The translations under genes were made by a program, and so were the position numbers. The notes under the pieces are model-generated. The model searched no databases and had not been told where the DNA came from. It saw only the letters and a list, made by a program, of their open reading frames with translations. A DNA stretch of 64,000 nucleotides from Candidatus Dormiibacterota bacterium. GTDB taxonomy: Bacteria > Chloroflexota > Dormibacteria > Aeolococcales > Aeolococcaceae. This document shows, in pieces, positions 11,431-21,357 of the stretch. Position 1 is the first letter of the stretch. The number at the start of each line of letters is the position of its first letter. Where the stretch lies: assembly GCA_963709585.1 (NCBI GenBank), contig CAVPXI010000005.1, positions 1-64,000 of the forward strand, in the 5' to 3' direction.

Positions 11431-12438
11431 TCAACCCGCGGGCGTTGCCTTCGGCGCGGGGGTCTGCCGCAGCAACGGCGGCAGTCCGTCAAGCTGGAAG
11501 CCCCAGTCGAAGAGCCGGCTCTCGAGACGCGCGGGATAGTTGCCACTCAACACCACCGCGAGCAGGTGATGCCCGTCGCGGACCGCCATCCCGATGAGGC
11601 AGGCGCCGGCGTTGCCGGTCCACCCGGGCTTGATGCCGACCGCGGCCGGATAGGCCCCGAGCAACGCATCGAGGTTGTGCAGGTGGAAGGCGGGGTGCTC
11701 GATGCCGGCCGGCAGGGTGATGGTCCGGGTGCCCACGATCTGGTCGAAGAGCGGGAACTGTTGGTACGTGTAATCGGCGATCACCGCGAGGTCGTGGGCG
11801 GATGAGTAGAGCCCCGGATCGTCGAGTCCCGCGGTCGCCGTGAAGTGCAACTCGGTGAGACCGAGTGCCGCCACCTGCGCATTCATGGCGGCGACAAAGC
11901 GAGCCATACCCACGGTGTCCATCGCGATCGCGCTCGCGGCGTCGTCACCGCTCGGGAGCAGCATTCCGTCAAGCAGTTGCTCGACGGTCAGGGTCTGGCC
12001 GGCCTTCAGTCCCATCAGCGTGTCGTCTGACGACTGCCCGAGGGCGTCTGGCGTCACGGTTACCGTCTGATCGGGACTGAAGTTCTCGAGAGCAACCAGC
12101 GAGGTGAGCACCTTGGTCAGACTCGCCGGCGCCAGCTCGAGGTCGGGTTGTCTTTCCCAGAGGATCTCCCCGGTGTCCATGTCCACGAGGATCCCGGCGC
12201 GGGGGCGGATCGGCGGGGCGCCCGGGGGCATCGATGCCGGTGCCCAGAGGCCGAGATCAGCGCTCGCCACCTTCATGTCGAACCACGCGCCCAGTGGCGC
12301 TTGCGTTGGAGGGCGGATGGCGGCAGCGACACCTGCCGGGACTATGGGGAGACGGGTGGTGGTGGCGAGGGTTCCAACCGCGACCGCGGCAACCAGAGCG
12401 ACCAGGGCGATGCGGGCGTATGGGGGCGGCGTGAACAT
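11431..12438 (-). CDS. dacA: D-alanyl-D-alanine carboxypeptidase (peptidase S11)
   Basis: Signal/TM N-terminus; APASLTK (SxxK), LPSGDDAA, GIKPGWT. Confidence 0.82.
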   Translation of the reverse strand: MFTPPPYARIALVALVAAVAVGTLATTTRLPIVPAGVAAAIRPPTQAPLGAWFDMKVASADLGLWAPASMPPGAPPIRPRAGILVDMDTGEILWERQPDLELAPASLTKVLTSLVALENFSPDQTVTVTPDALGQSSDDTLMGLKAGQTLTVEQLLDGMLLPSGDDAASAIAMDTVGMARFVAAMNAQVAALGLTELHFTATAGLDDPGLYSSAHDLAVIADYTYQQFPLFDQIVGTRTITLPAGIEHPAFHLHNLDALLGAYPAAVGIKPGWTGNAGACLIGMAVRDGHHLLAVVLSGNYPARLESRLFDWGFQLDGLPPLLRQTPAPKATPAG

Positions 12439-12533
12439 GAGAGGACTGACGCGAATCCTATCCTCAGCGCGCCGTGTTTTCCTGTCCTTAGCCGCATCGC
12501 GGCGAGCGATGCCGTGCCACCGCGGCAGCGCCG

Positions 12534-13175
12534 TCAGGGAATGAGGCTACGGCGCAGGAAATCGGGGAGCGCATCACCCGCGGCGGCGAGCCGCGGCTGC
12601 AACGCCTTATCGGTCGTCAGCGCCCGGAACATCATCGTGATGGTCACGTCGTGCGCTGGGCGATGCAGCACCGTGATCGCGTCTCCGGCGCTCACCGAAC
12701 CTGGCGAGATCACTCGGAGGTAGGCGCCCGGGGCGCCTCGTTGTGTGAAGCGCTTCACCCAGAGCTGGTCCTCGAGCCATCCGGCGAAGGTCCGGCACGG
12801 GATGCGCGGCGACGTCACCTCGAGCACGCAGGTGTCGCCGACCTGCCAGCGCTCACCGACCAGCGCCCCATTGACATCGAGTCCCGCGGTGGTCAGGTTC
12901 TCTCCGAAGACACCGTTGGTGAGCGGCCATCCGAGCTCCGCCTGCCAGACGTCGAGGTCCTCACGCCCATAGGCGTACACCGCCTGGTCGGTGCCGCCGT
13001 GCGAGCGCGGGTCGCCGATGGCATCGCCGGCCGCGCCACTGATTCCCGTGCCCGGACCGGGATCGCGGAGCACGACCGGCGCCGACGACGGGCGCTTGTC
13101 GATGCCGGTGACGCCGGTGTCGGCGTGCCGGCTTGCCGACATCCGGCCTACGTTGACGGAGAGCAGCGTTGCCAT
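12534..13175 (-). CDS. MOSC domain protein (YiiM-like)
   Basis: TGIDKRP, HGGTDQAVY, FGENLTT, PRIPC, GAYLRVI. Confidence 0.88.
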   Translation of the reverse strand: MATLLSVNVGRMSASRHADTGVTGIDKRPSSAPVVLRDPGPGTGISGAAGDAIGDPRSHGGTDQAVYAYGREDLDVWQAELGWPLTNGVFGENLTTAGLDVNGALVGERWQVGDTCVLEVTSPRIPCRTFAGWLEDQLWVKRFTQRGAPGAYLRVISPGSVSAGDAITVLHRPAHDVTITMMFRALTTDKALQPRLAAAGDALPDFLRRSLIP

Positions 13176-13244
13176 CAGGGCCCAAGGATACCCGCAACTC
13201 GTCAACGCGACGGCCGCCCCGGCGCTTGCAACTCCGCACGGTGA

Positions 13245-13250
13245 TATGCT
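13245..13250 (+). promoter_or_regulatory. Extended -10 (TG-a-TATGCT) for the regulator-clpP operon
   Basis: GTGATATGCT 9 nt before GTG 13260. Confidence 0.5.
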
Positions 13251-13259
13251 CTGAGCGTT

Positions 13260-13697
13260 GTGGATTCTGCTCTGAGCGTAACCGCCGATGAGGCCCGGCG
13301 CGAGCTGGGCGGGGTGCTCCGCGGGCACCGAGAGGGCCAGGGAAGGAGCCTAGGGGAGATCGCCAGTGAGGCCGGGTGCTCGCCCGCCTACCTCTCCGAG
13401 GTCGAGCGCGGGCTCAAGGACGTCTCGGCGGACCTGCTGGTGGCCATCGCCTACGCGCTGTCGGTTCCCGTCGCGGCGGTGTACACCGACCTCGGACGCC
13501 GCCTCGCAGCCGGGCCCCAGGCAGAGCCCGCGGGGTCGGCGGATCCGCGACGTCAACTCCGCATGGTCACGTCTGCGCTGGATGCCGCCTCGCTGCGCAC
13601 CGTGGCGCAGTTCGGCGCTTTTCTGGCCATGAACCAGGCGGAGCCGGCTCGCCGCCGCATCGGCTTCGTTCCACCATCAGCGGAGGGCTCGCGATGA
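13260..13697 (+). CDS. XRE-family HTH regulator, ClgR/PopR-like, with C-terminal RRRIGF
   Basis: [29 protein letters not shown] matches the ClgR-type HTH; ATGA overlap with clpP. Confidence 0.8.
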   Translation: MDSALSVTADEARRELGGVLRGHREGQGRSLGEIASEAGCSPAYLSEVERGLKDVSADLLVAIAYALSVPVAAVYTDLGRRLAAGPQAEPAGSADPRRQLRMVTSALDAASLRTVAQFGAFLAMNQAEPARRRIGFVPPSAEGSR

Positions 13698-14326
13698 CCC
13701 TGGTCCCCACCGTCGTCGAAAGCACGACTCGCGGCGAGCGCTCGTACGACATCTACTCTCGGCTTTTGCGCGACCGGATCATCTTCATCGGCGGAGTGAT
13801 CGACGATGACCTCGCCAACCTGGTCACAGCCCAGCTGCTCTTCCTCGAAGGCGAGGATCCCGAACGCGACGTGCACCTGTACATCAACAGTCCAGGCGGC
13901 TCCATGACCGCGGCGCTGGCGATGTACGACGCGATGCAGTACGTGCGCCCCGTGGTCGAAACCATGTGCCTCGGCATGGCCGCAAGCGGTGCATCGCTGC
14001 TGCTTTCCGCCGGAGCCTCGGGACGTCGGCTGGCGTTGCCCAACTCGCTCGTGGTCATCCACCAACCCTGGGCACAGGGCATGCAGGGACAGGCGACCGA
14101 CCTCGACGTGCACGCCCGCGAGATCCTCCGCCAGCGTGCGTTGCTGATCGAGCTCTACCACCGGCACACCGGGCGAGACTCGGACCAGATCGGCCGGGAC
14201 ATCGAACGTGACTACCACATGACCGCCGAGCAGGCGCTCGCGTACGGGATGATCGATCACATCATCGAGCGCCGCCCGACAGGCGCGATCGCGAGAACCG
14301 AGGCGCCGGAGTCGGTGCCGGTCTAA
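13694..14326 (+). CDS. clpP: ATP-dependent Clp protease proteolytic subunit (second copy)
   Basis: [31 protein letters not shown] (Ser), IHQP (His), ERD (Asp); SD GGAGG. Confidence 0.95.
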   Translation: MTLVPTVVESTTRGERSYDIYSRLLRDRIIFIGGVIDDDLANLVTAQLLFLEGEDPERDVHLYINSPGGSMTAALAMYDAMQYVRPVVETMCLGMAASGASLLLSAGASGRRLALPNSLVVIHQPWAQGMQGQATDLDVHAREILRQRALLIELYHRHTGRDSDQIGRDIERDYHMTAEQALAYGMIDHIIERRPTGAIARTEAPESVPV

Positions 14327-14805
14327 GCGGCCTCAGCCGCGCTCACCACGTTCGGTTCGGTGCGCACAGCGAAGTTCACCGAGTTGGCGACGTAGCAGAG
14401 CGCGTGCGCTCGCTCGTGCAACGCGATGGCTCGCTCCATCTTGTCGGACGTTGTGATGGTCACCTGTGGCTGCAGTAGCACCTCTTCGAACTGACCGCCG
14501 CCGTCCTCGGTCTCCACGAGCGTGCCCGAAGGGTGGTCGACGTAGCCGGTCACGACGATGCCCTCCTTGGCGCACAGCACGAGATACCAGAGCATGTGGC
14601 ACTGCGACAGTGACGCGACCAGGAGCTCCTCGGGGTTCCAGCGCTCACGCGCGCCGCGAAACGCCGGGTCGGCGCTCCCGTGGATCGTCGGCTTGCCGTC
14701 GATGCTGACCTCGTGCGACCGCTCGAATGCCTGGTATCCACTGGTCCCGGTGCCGGTGTTGCCGGTCCAGGTCACGGTCAGCTCGTAATGATGGGTTTTC
14801 GGCAC
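14323..14805 (-). CDS. OsmC/Ohr family protein
   Basis: [16 protein letters not shown] and [11 protein letters not shown] (two conserved Cys); SD upstream. Confidence 0.9.
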   Translation of the reverse strand: MPKTHHYELTVTWTGNTGTGTSGYQAFERSHEVSIDGKPTIHGSADPAFRGARERWNPEELLVASLSQCHMLWYLVLCAKEGIVVTGYVDHPSGTLVETEDGGGQFEEVLLQPQVTITTSDKMERAIALHERAHALCYVANSVNFAVRTEPNVVSAAEAA

Positions 14806-14856
14806 CTCGACTCTCCTCCCCTATTCTCACCGCAACGCACCCTGCGGCGCGGCGAC

Positions 14857-16173
14857 CTACTCGTCGGAATCGACGAAATATGTCTCGCAGGCGAGTTCGA
14901 GCAGCTCACTGTTGAGCTCCACCGGCTTGCCCAGGTAGAGCGCGGCGTGGATCACGTGGTTGAGCAGGTCGCGAGGATGCGTGCCGTGCAAGGCCCGGCC
15001 CTTGGCCTGGTAGTGGGTCTCGAGCAGCCGGTCGACGAGCCCCTCGTCCATGCGCAGGTTGTTGTCGACGCAGTTGCGCCGCCAGATCTCCTTGTACTCA
15101 TCCACGGTCGGATCGGGGACGTGCACCTTGAAACGCACCCGGCGCAGGAAGGCCTCGTCCATGAGGTTCTGAGGACGCAGGTTGGTCGACAGCATCACCA
15201 GGCAGGTGAACGGCACCGGGATGCTCGATCCGGCGCGGGGGATGTTGAGATAGTCGACCTTCTTCTCGAGCGGCACGATGAGCCGGTTGAGCAGGTCGCG
15301 CGGGGACATGTTCTGCTGCCGCCCGAAGTCGTCGATCAGGAAGAGGCCGCCGTTGGCCTTGAGCTGCATCGGCGCCTCGTAGAAGCCGAGCGTGTGGTCG
15401 AAGCCGAGCTCGAGCATCCGCGGGGTCAGCTCGCCGCCGACCTTGACGGCAGGCCGCTTGGCCAGCTGCCAGCGACGGTCATGGGGTGGCAGCTCGCGGT
15501 CGATGGGCTCGTGGTGGATCGGGTCATAGAACCGGATCACCTCGCCGTGGACGTAGAGCGCCCGGGGGATGAACATCGGCGCCCCGAGCAGCGAGGCGGC
15601 CGCCTCGGCGATGGTCGTCTTGCCGTTGCCGGGAGGTCCATACAAGAAGACGGCCTGGCGTGCGCTCAGAGCGGGTCCGAGGTGGTCGAGCACGACCTCG
15701 GAGAGCACCAGGTGGCTGAAGGCGTCGTGCAGGCGCGCGCGGTTGACCTGCCCGTCGACATGGGATTGGCGCTCGGCCATCGCCGTGTAGTCGGCGATCG
15801 GCACCGGGGCGGGACCGGCGTACTGGTTGATCTCGAGCAGTTCCCGGGCGCGCTGCCGGCCGGTGGTCGAGATCATGTGCTGCATGCCGGCGTTGATCGG
15901 TTCCCCGGGATCGAGGGTCGCGGTGTGCACACCCGTCGAGGAGCAGTAGCCTTCGTCGGCGAGGAATCGTGAGGTGGTCTCGACGAACGAGAAGGGCAGG
16001 CAGAGGTGGTTCGCGATATCGCGACCCAGCATGCTGCCGTTGAAATACAGCACCTTGAGGACCAGGTCGCAGACAAAGCTGAATGGGAGGCCCGTCTCCT
16101 CGGCGGTCCTCGGCGCGGGAGGCAGCGCGATCGGACTGGAAGCGGGCGCGGAAACAGGCGCAATCACTGCCAT
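14857..16173 (-). CDS. AAA+ ATPase of unknown function with an N-terminal winged-helix-like region
   Basis: Walker A GPPGNGKTT, Walker B FLIDDFGRQ, STN sensor, DEAFLRR Arg finger. Confidence 0.82.
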   Translation of the reverse strand: MAVIAPVSAPASSPIALPPAPRTAEETGLPFSFVCDLVLKVLYFNGSMLGRDIANHLCLPFSFVETTSRFLADEGYCSSTGVHTATLDPGEPINAGMQHMISTTGRQRARELLEINQYAGPAPVPIADYTAMAERQSHVDGQVNRARLHDAFSHLVLSEVVLDHLGPALSARQAVFLYGPPGNGKTTIAEAAASLLGAPMFIPRALYVHGEVIRFYDPIHHEPIDRELPPHDRRWQLAKRPAVKVGGELTPRMLELGFDHTLGFYEAPMQLKANGGLFLIDDFGRQQNMSPRDLLNRLIVPLEKKVDYLNIPRAGSSIPVPFTCLVMLSTNLRPQNLMDEAFLRRVRFKVHVPDPTVDEYKEIWRRNCVDNNLRMDEGLVDRLLETHYQAKGRALHGTHPRDLLNHVIHAALYLGKPVELNSELLELACETYFVDSDE

Positions 16174-16271
16174 CGGCGTCCGATTGTGTCATGGGCCGGT
16201 TTGACGTTCCGGCGAGCGTGACGGATTGTCATACGACCGTTCCAGGGACCCTGCTGCTACGGTTGGAGGCA

Positions 16272-16424
16272 ATGGCCGTACCGTTGGACGAAGGTGCCCC
16301 CGGCCGGCGCCGGGTGGGCCCCTTCTGGATCGAGGAGGGCCCGGGCGCGCTCATCGCCGGGGCCGCCATCGTCCTGGTGTTCGCCGCGCTGTTCATCCTC
16401 GCCGTCGCCATGCGCCCGGCGTAA
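16272..16424 (+). CDS. Small single-TM membrane protein (50 aa)
   Basis: GGAGG just upstream of ATG; hydrophobic ALIAGAAIVLVFAALFILAVAM; fills an intergenic gap. Confidence 0.6.
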   Translation: MAVPLDEGAPGRRRVGPFWIEEGPGALIAGAAIVLVFAALFILAVAMRPA

Positions 16425-16532
16425 CCCGGCTCGCACCATGGCGTTTCACCCAGGAACTCGACAGCACTGCCGGCGCGCCACAGCGCTGCGGAGTCAGGAG
16501 ACGAACTCGCCAATGCATTCGACGGTTCCGGC

Positions 16533-19067
16533 ATGAGCCTCGACCAGAGCGCTGAAGGACGGCGCGTCCGCGCGGGTTTGCCGAACGGATCCCGAGGGCC
16601 GCTTCGCGCCACCGGGACGAACAATCCCGGCATCGGCGCCGCCGAGGCGGCGGCGCGAGCGGAGTTGCGCCGGCGGCGGGCAAGCGCCTACCGGCACCTG
16701 CGCACTCCGCGCAAGCGGGGGCGCGCACTCCGGATCGTGCTGATCGCGATCACCGTGTTCGCCGCGATCGGCGCCGGGACGGTCGGCGCCGTGTTTGCCG
16801 GCTACAACGCATACAAGGGCCAGCTCCCCGATGCGGCGACGATCACAAACATGGAGCCGCAGATCGACACCAACGTCTACAACTCGGCGGGCGGCCTCAT
16901 CCACGTCTTTCACAACGAGAGCTACCGCCACATCCACGTCGACCTGACGGCGATCTCCCCGTACTTCAAGGACGCGATCGTCGCGATCGAGGACCACAAC
17001 TTCTATCACGAGGGCTCGTGGGACCTGGCCCGCCTGGTCGAGTCCGGGGTCGCCGACGTGACCCATCGCAGCGCCGCGCTCCAGGGGGGCTCGACGATCA
17101 CCGAGCAGCTCGCGAAGATCAGTCTCTACGGAGGTGCCGATCCGCCCCAGAGCATCGATTACAAGATCAAGGAGATCGTGCTCGGCAACGAGATCGCGCT
17201 CAACTTCACGAAGAATCAGATCCTCGACATGTACGTCAACCGCATCTTCTACGGCAACTTCGCGGTCGGGATCGGGAGTGCGGCGCAGCTGTACTTCCTC
17301 AAGCCCGCGAGCCAGCTCGACCTCGCTCAGGCAGCGATGCTCGCCGGCCTCCCCCAGTCGCCCTCCGCGTACAACCCGCTCATCCACGATCCCAATGAGG
17401 CCGTCAATCCGCTCGCCAAATCCCGCCAGAAGGCGGTCCTCCAGGCGATGCAGGCGAGTGGCTTCATCACCCAGGCACAGGGCGTCGCCGCTTTCGCCGA
17501 GCCGCTGACCTTCCACGCGTGGAACGAGGCCGTGTCGGAACCCAACCTCGACCTCGACTTCATCGATTACCTCCAGACCTACCTGAACGCGAACTTTCCT
17601 CAGTACGCGAGCCCGGGCGGCTACGAGATACGCACCACCATCGACCAGGCAAAGCAGAACCTCGCATACAGCACGGTCCACAACCTGGTCGCCAAGGAAC
17701 GGGTCGCCGAGAACATGGGCGACGGCGCCCTGGTGAGCCTCGACCCGCAGAACGGTGAGGTGCTCGCCATGGTGGGCACCTGGAACTACCTCGATCCCTA
17801 TTTCGGTCAGGTCAACGAGGCGGCGGCGGTTCAGCTGAACATGGGGTCGACGACCAAGCTGTTCACGTACACGTCCGCGATCGCTTCGACCAAGTTCACG
17901 ATGACCACGCCGATCCTGGACGCACGCTTCAACTTCCCGATCCCAGGGACCAGCGGCTACAACCCGTTCGACGACGACCGCCGCACCCACGGGGTCTGCG
18001 AGCTCAAATTGTGCCTCGGCAACTCGTTCAACATCCCGGCGGTCAAGACCGAGTACGCGACCGGCACCCAGTACATCGCCAACACCGAGCTGTCCATGGG
18101 CGTCAAGTCGCTCGACCAGAACTGCGGTCCCAACGGACAGTACGTGAACTGGCCGGCCACCACTCAGTGGGCGGCCACGCTCGGATCGCTCACCTGCGGG
18201 ATCACCCTGCTCGATCTCGCCGACGGGGCCGCCACCCTCGGCGACCTCGGCGTCCAGCACAACCCGATGCCGGTGACCAGCATCACCGCCCAGGCCACCG
18301 GGCAGGTGATGTTCACGTACAACCCCGCCGCGGCCGGGCGCCAGGTGATCCCGGCGAACGTCGCCTACATCATGGATGAGATCACCAGCAACGACAACAA
18401 CCGGATCCGCGAGTTCGGCCGCAACGGCTATCTGACGCTGGGCGCGCGCCGGGTGAGCGCCAAGACGGGCACCGCCGACTACTTCATGGACAACCTGACC
18501 GTCGGCTGGACCCCGAACCTGCTCACCGCGGTCTGGGTGGGCAACGCGCAGCGAAGCTGCCTCCAGCCCAAGGATTACAAGTACATGGCGCAGCAGATCG
18601 CGCGAGGCAAGGTCGTCCAACCCGGCGAGGTCGACAACAGCTATCCGTTCAGCCCGAACGACCTGGCCAAGTACGGCCTCAAGCCGCTCCATCCGGGCTA
18701 CCCGGACTGCGGCCACCTCGATGGCGTTGTCTCCGGATACAGCGGCGCTGCCCCGATCTGGCACGCGTTTATGACGGCAGCGCTCAAGGGCGCTCCGATT
18801 ACCTGGTACAAGCAGCCCGCCGACGTGATCGTGGGCGCCGGCTCGGGCGACAACGCCGACTTCTATCTCCCCGGCACCCAGCCCGGTGCGTCCACCAACT
18901 GCACGTACTACGCCCAGACACCCACCCCCGCCCAGACCTGCACCTACGCCGGACCGACCCAGGCGCCGCCGCCCCCGACTCCCAACCCGAACCCGAGCCC
19001 GGGTCCGGGTCCGTCGCCCTCGCCCGGGCCAACGTTTCCACCGCACCCGACCCCGCCCACGCCCTAG
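16533..19067 (+). CDS. Class A penicillin-binding protein (transglycosylase-transpeptidase) with a Pro-rich tail
   Basis: EDHNFY, QGGSTITEQL, GSTTK (SxxK), SFN (SxN), KTGT. Confidence 0.92.
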   Translation: MSLDQSAEGRRVRAGLPNGSRGPLRATGTNNPGIGAAEAAARAELRRRRASAYRHLRTPRKRGRALRIVLIAITVFAAIGAGTVGAVFAGYNAYKGQLPDAATITNMEPQIDTNVYNSAGGLIHVFHNESYRHIHVDLTAISPYFKDAIVAIEDHNFYHEGSWDLARLVESGVADVTHRSAALQGGSTITEQLAKISLYGGADPPQSIDYKIKEIVLGNEIALNFTKNQILDMYVNRIFYGNFAVGIGSAAQLYFLKPASQLDLAQAAMLAGLPQSPSAYNPLIHDPNEAVNPLAKSRQKAVLQAMQASGFITQAQGVAAFAEPLTFHAWNEAVSEPNLDLDFIDYLQTYLNANFPQYASPGGYEIRTTIDQAKQNLAYSTVHNLVAKERVAENMGDGALVSLDPQNGEVLAMVGTWNYLDPYFGQVNEAAAVQLNMGSTTKLFTYTSAIASTKFTMTTPILDARFNFPIPGTSGYNPFDDDRRTHGVCELKLCLGNSFNIPAVKTEYATGTQYIANTELSMGVKSLDQNCGPNGQYVNWPATTQWAATLGSLTCGITLLDLADGAATLGDLGVQHNPMPVTSITAQATGQVMFTYNPAAAGRQVIPANVAYIMDEITSNDNNRIREFGRNGYLTLGARRVSAKTGTADYFMDNLTVGWTPNLLTAVWVGNAQRSCLQPKDYKYMAQQIARGKVVQPGEVDNSYPFSPNDLAKYGLKPLHPGYPDCGHLDGVVSGYSGAAPIWHAFMTAALKGAPITWYKQPADVIVGAGSGDNADFYLPGTQPGASTNCTYYAQTPTPAQTCTYAGPTQAPPPPTPNPNPSPGPGPSPSPGPTFPPHPTPPTP

Positions 19068-19109
19068 CCAGCTATCCGCATTAGCCGGCGAGGCATCGGC
19101 GCTGGCAGG

Positions 19110-19879
19110 CTAGGATCCAGCCCCGCTCCGCCGGGCACGCTCCCAGACCGCATCGAGATCGTCGAGGATGGGCAGCCCGGGGTCGGCTTCGACCGCGGCA
19201 AGGTCGGTGTCCGCCTCCGGGAGCGGAGCGAAGGAGGCATGCACGTGGCAAACGACCACGTTGTGACGCGCGGCCGGCCCTCGACCTCGTCGAGACCGAG
19301 GAGCGACCACCAGTAGTCAAGGGTGACGTCCGAGGCCGCCGAGAGCACCGCTGAATGTGAGAGCAGCGGCAGCTCCGGGTTCTCCGGCTGGCCGCCCCCG
19401 AAGGCACGAAGCAACCGCGCGAACGCCTCACTCTCGATCTCGGCGTCGATCACGATCCGGCCGGATCCCCCGGGTGTTTCCTGATCGATCATCGCGTCGT
19501 CGACGGCGACTCTGTCGAGCCGGACGCCGAACTCAGCGGGATCGAACAGGTCGGGACGCTCCCTGAGCACCCCGAAGCCCTCGCCGGCGATCGAGTAGCG
19601 GCTTTCCCCGTCGGACTCGGCGATGCGGATCACGAGCGTGTCGGCGCCGGTGGCGCCCGCGGTCAGCGTTGCCTCGGCGACCCGTTCATCACGGACGGCG
19701 AGCTCGGCGTCGAAGGTCCGCTGATCGATCCGCTCCGCCTCGGTCCCGGCAGCGGCGTGCTCCACGACCACAGACGTGCGCTCCTCGAAGTGGATTTCCA
19801 CGCGCACGCCGAGTCGCGTGTCCAGGCGATCGAGAAGGCAGCGGTAGAGGGCGCCGAGGGTCAGCTTCGGCTGGATCAT
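19110..19879 (-). CDS. Hypothetical soluble protein, probable frameshift near 19265
   Basis: ATG 19879 after AAGGAG; protein-like sequence continues in frame 19110..19310 (HNVVVCHVHASF..VWERARRSGAGS). Confidence 0.5.
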
Positions 19880-19972
19880 CGCAGCGCTCCTTCCCGGTGG
19901 CACGGCGAGACCATAGCCCATAAGCGTTACGGGCACGAGAGGATCGCAGGCGCGATCGGTAGACTGAACCGA

Positions 19973-21348
19973 GTGACGGACGCGGCACCACCGACCTACG
20001 CCGCGCCGCCGCCGGGGCCGAACCCGGTCGCGCTCGCCATCGCCCACGACCTGGTGACCCGCTACCGGCTCAGGCTGGCCGACCCTCGCGATGGCCGCCT
20101 CGGCGATCTGCTCGGCCACTACGTGCTCGCAGCCGCAATGTGGAACGGTCCTCGTGCCGGGCTGGTCGCCTTTTACGAGCCTCCGGCCGACCCGGCCGCG
20201 GCCGGCCCGACCTCGCGGCGCGTTGCGACGCGGCGCGCCGGTGGGGACTCGATCGCTTGCAAGAGCAGGGCGCGCAGGTGTGCGACATCCTCCTGATCGC
20301 GCTCGGTCCGCTCGCCGGCACGCTGTCGGCCGCGACCAATCCCAGCGACCCGGTGCGCCTCGGTGTCGCCTGGGTCGACACCGTCAATGCCAGCGCGGGC
20401 GCGGTGCTGCCGATCCCGCCCGGGATGCCGTCGGTGGGCGAGTTGCGCGCCCGGGTGCGGGCGGTGCACGACGGGGTGCCGACGCCGACTCTCGCGGCCG
20501 TCGACCTCGCCGAGCGCCAGGCGGTCGCCGGTGGCTATGTCGCGCCGGTGCGCCGTGCGATGGTCACCCAGCCGTACCTCACGTACTCGCTGATCGCGGC
20601 GTTCGTGGTCATCTGGTTGCTGGAGTACGTGACCACGCTGCATCCGGCGACGGCGGGTCTGGACGTCTGCTCGTGGGGAGCGCTGCCCAACGCGGAGCTC
20701 TATCCCGCCGTCGGACTGAGTTCGGCCTGCACCGTGACCTGGTGGCGCTTCGTCAGCAGCGCCTTCCTGCACGACAACAGCAGCGTGTACCACGTGCTCT
20801 TCAACAGCATCGCGATGCTGTTCATCGGCAGGCTGGTCGAACAACTCTACGGGCGGCTGGTGCTGCTCGGCGTTTTCCTGACCACCGCCATCGCCGGCGG
20901 CCTGCTGTGGGTCGCAGTGAGTACGTTCGCACCGAGCCTCCCCGGCGTCGCCCCCAACAGCATCTCCCTTGGCGCGTCAGGCGGCATCGCTGGCCTGATC
21001 GGGCTGCTCCTCATGGTCGGCAGGATCCAGGGGAAGAACGTGCCGGTGGGGATCACGCACACGGTGCGCAACTATGCGGTGACCGTGATCGTGCTCAATG
21101 TCGTGCTCACGTTTGTGTTCGGGGGCTCGCTCGGCGTCAACAACTACGCGCATATCGGCGGTCTGATCGTGGGCGCGCTGCTGGGGTGCATCCTGCCACC
21201 GATCATGTCGATCGGCGGACGGGATCACATGCTCGTCGAGAAGGTCGTGCTCTGGGCCCCGATCGCATTCAGCGCCGTGGCCCTGCTCTTCGCGCTGATC
21301 AACCTCACCAGCGCGATCATCCATCCGCTCCCGCCGTTCACCGGTTAG
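19973..21348 (+). CDS. Rhomboid intramembrane serine protease with an N-terminal soluble domain; frameshift near 20207
   Basis: WWRFVSSAFLH, HVLFNS, GASGG (Ser), AHIGG (His); TAGACT 7 nt before GTG 19973. Confidence 0.85.
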
Positions 21349-21357
21349 CGGCAGGCG

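Noticed and set aside
13176-13259. ClgR operator (CGC-N5-GCG) upstream of the regulator
   Set aside because: No convincing match with the correct spacing was found.
16494-19046. 850-aa antisense ORF and other long shadow ORFs (5420..7456, 37300..38919, 46663..48351)
   Set aside because: They overlap well-supported genes, are Arg/Gly/Pro-rich without motifs, and are expected from stop-codon scarcity at high GC.
18960-19067. Tandem repeat or CRISPR-like array
   Set aside because: The repetition is explained by Pro-rich coding sequence; no spaced direct repeats were seen anywhere in the window.
2355-20210. Indels near 2360, 19265 and 20207 as part of the GAGTC pattern
   Set aside because: Their contexts differ (ACCGTACGG, a GC repeat, a C homopolymer); treated as ordinary long-read errors.
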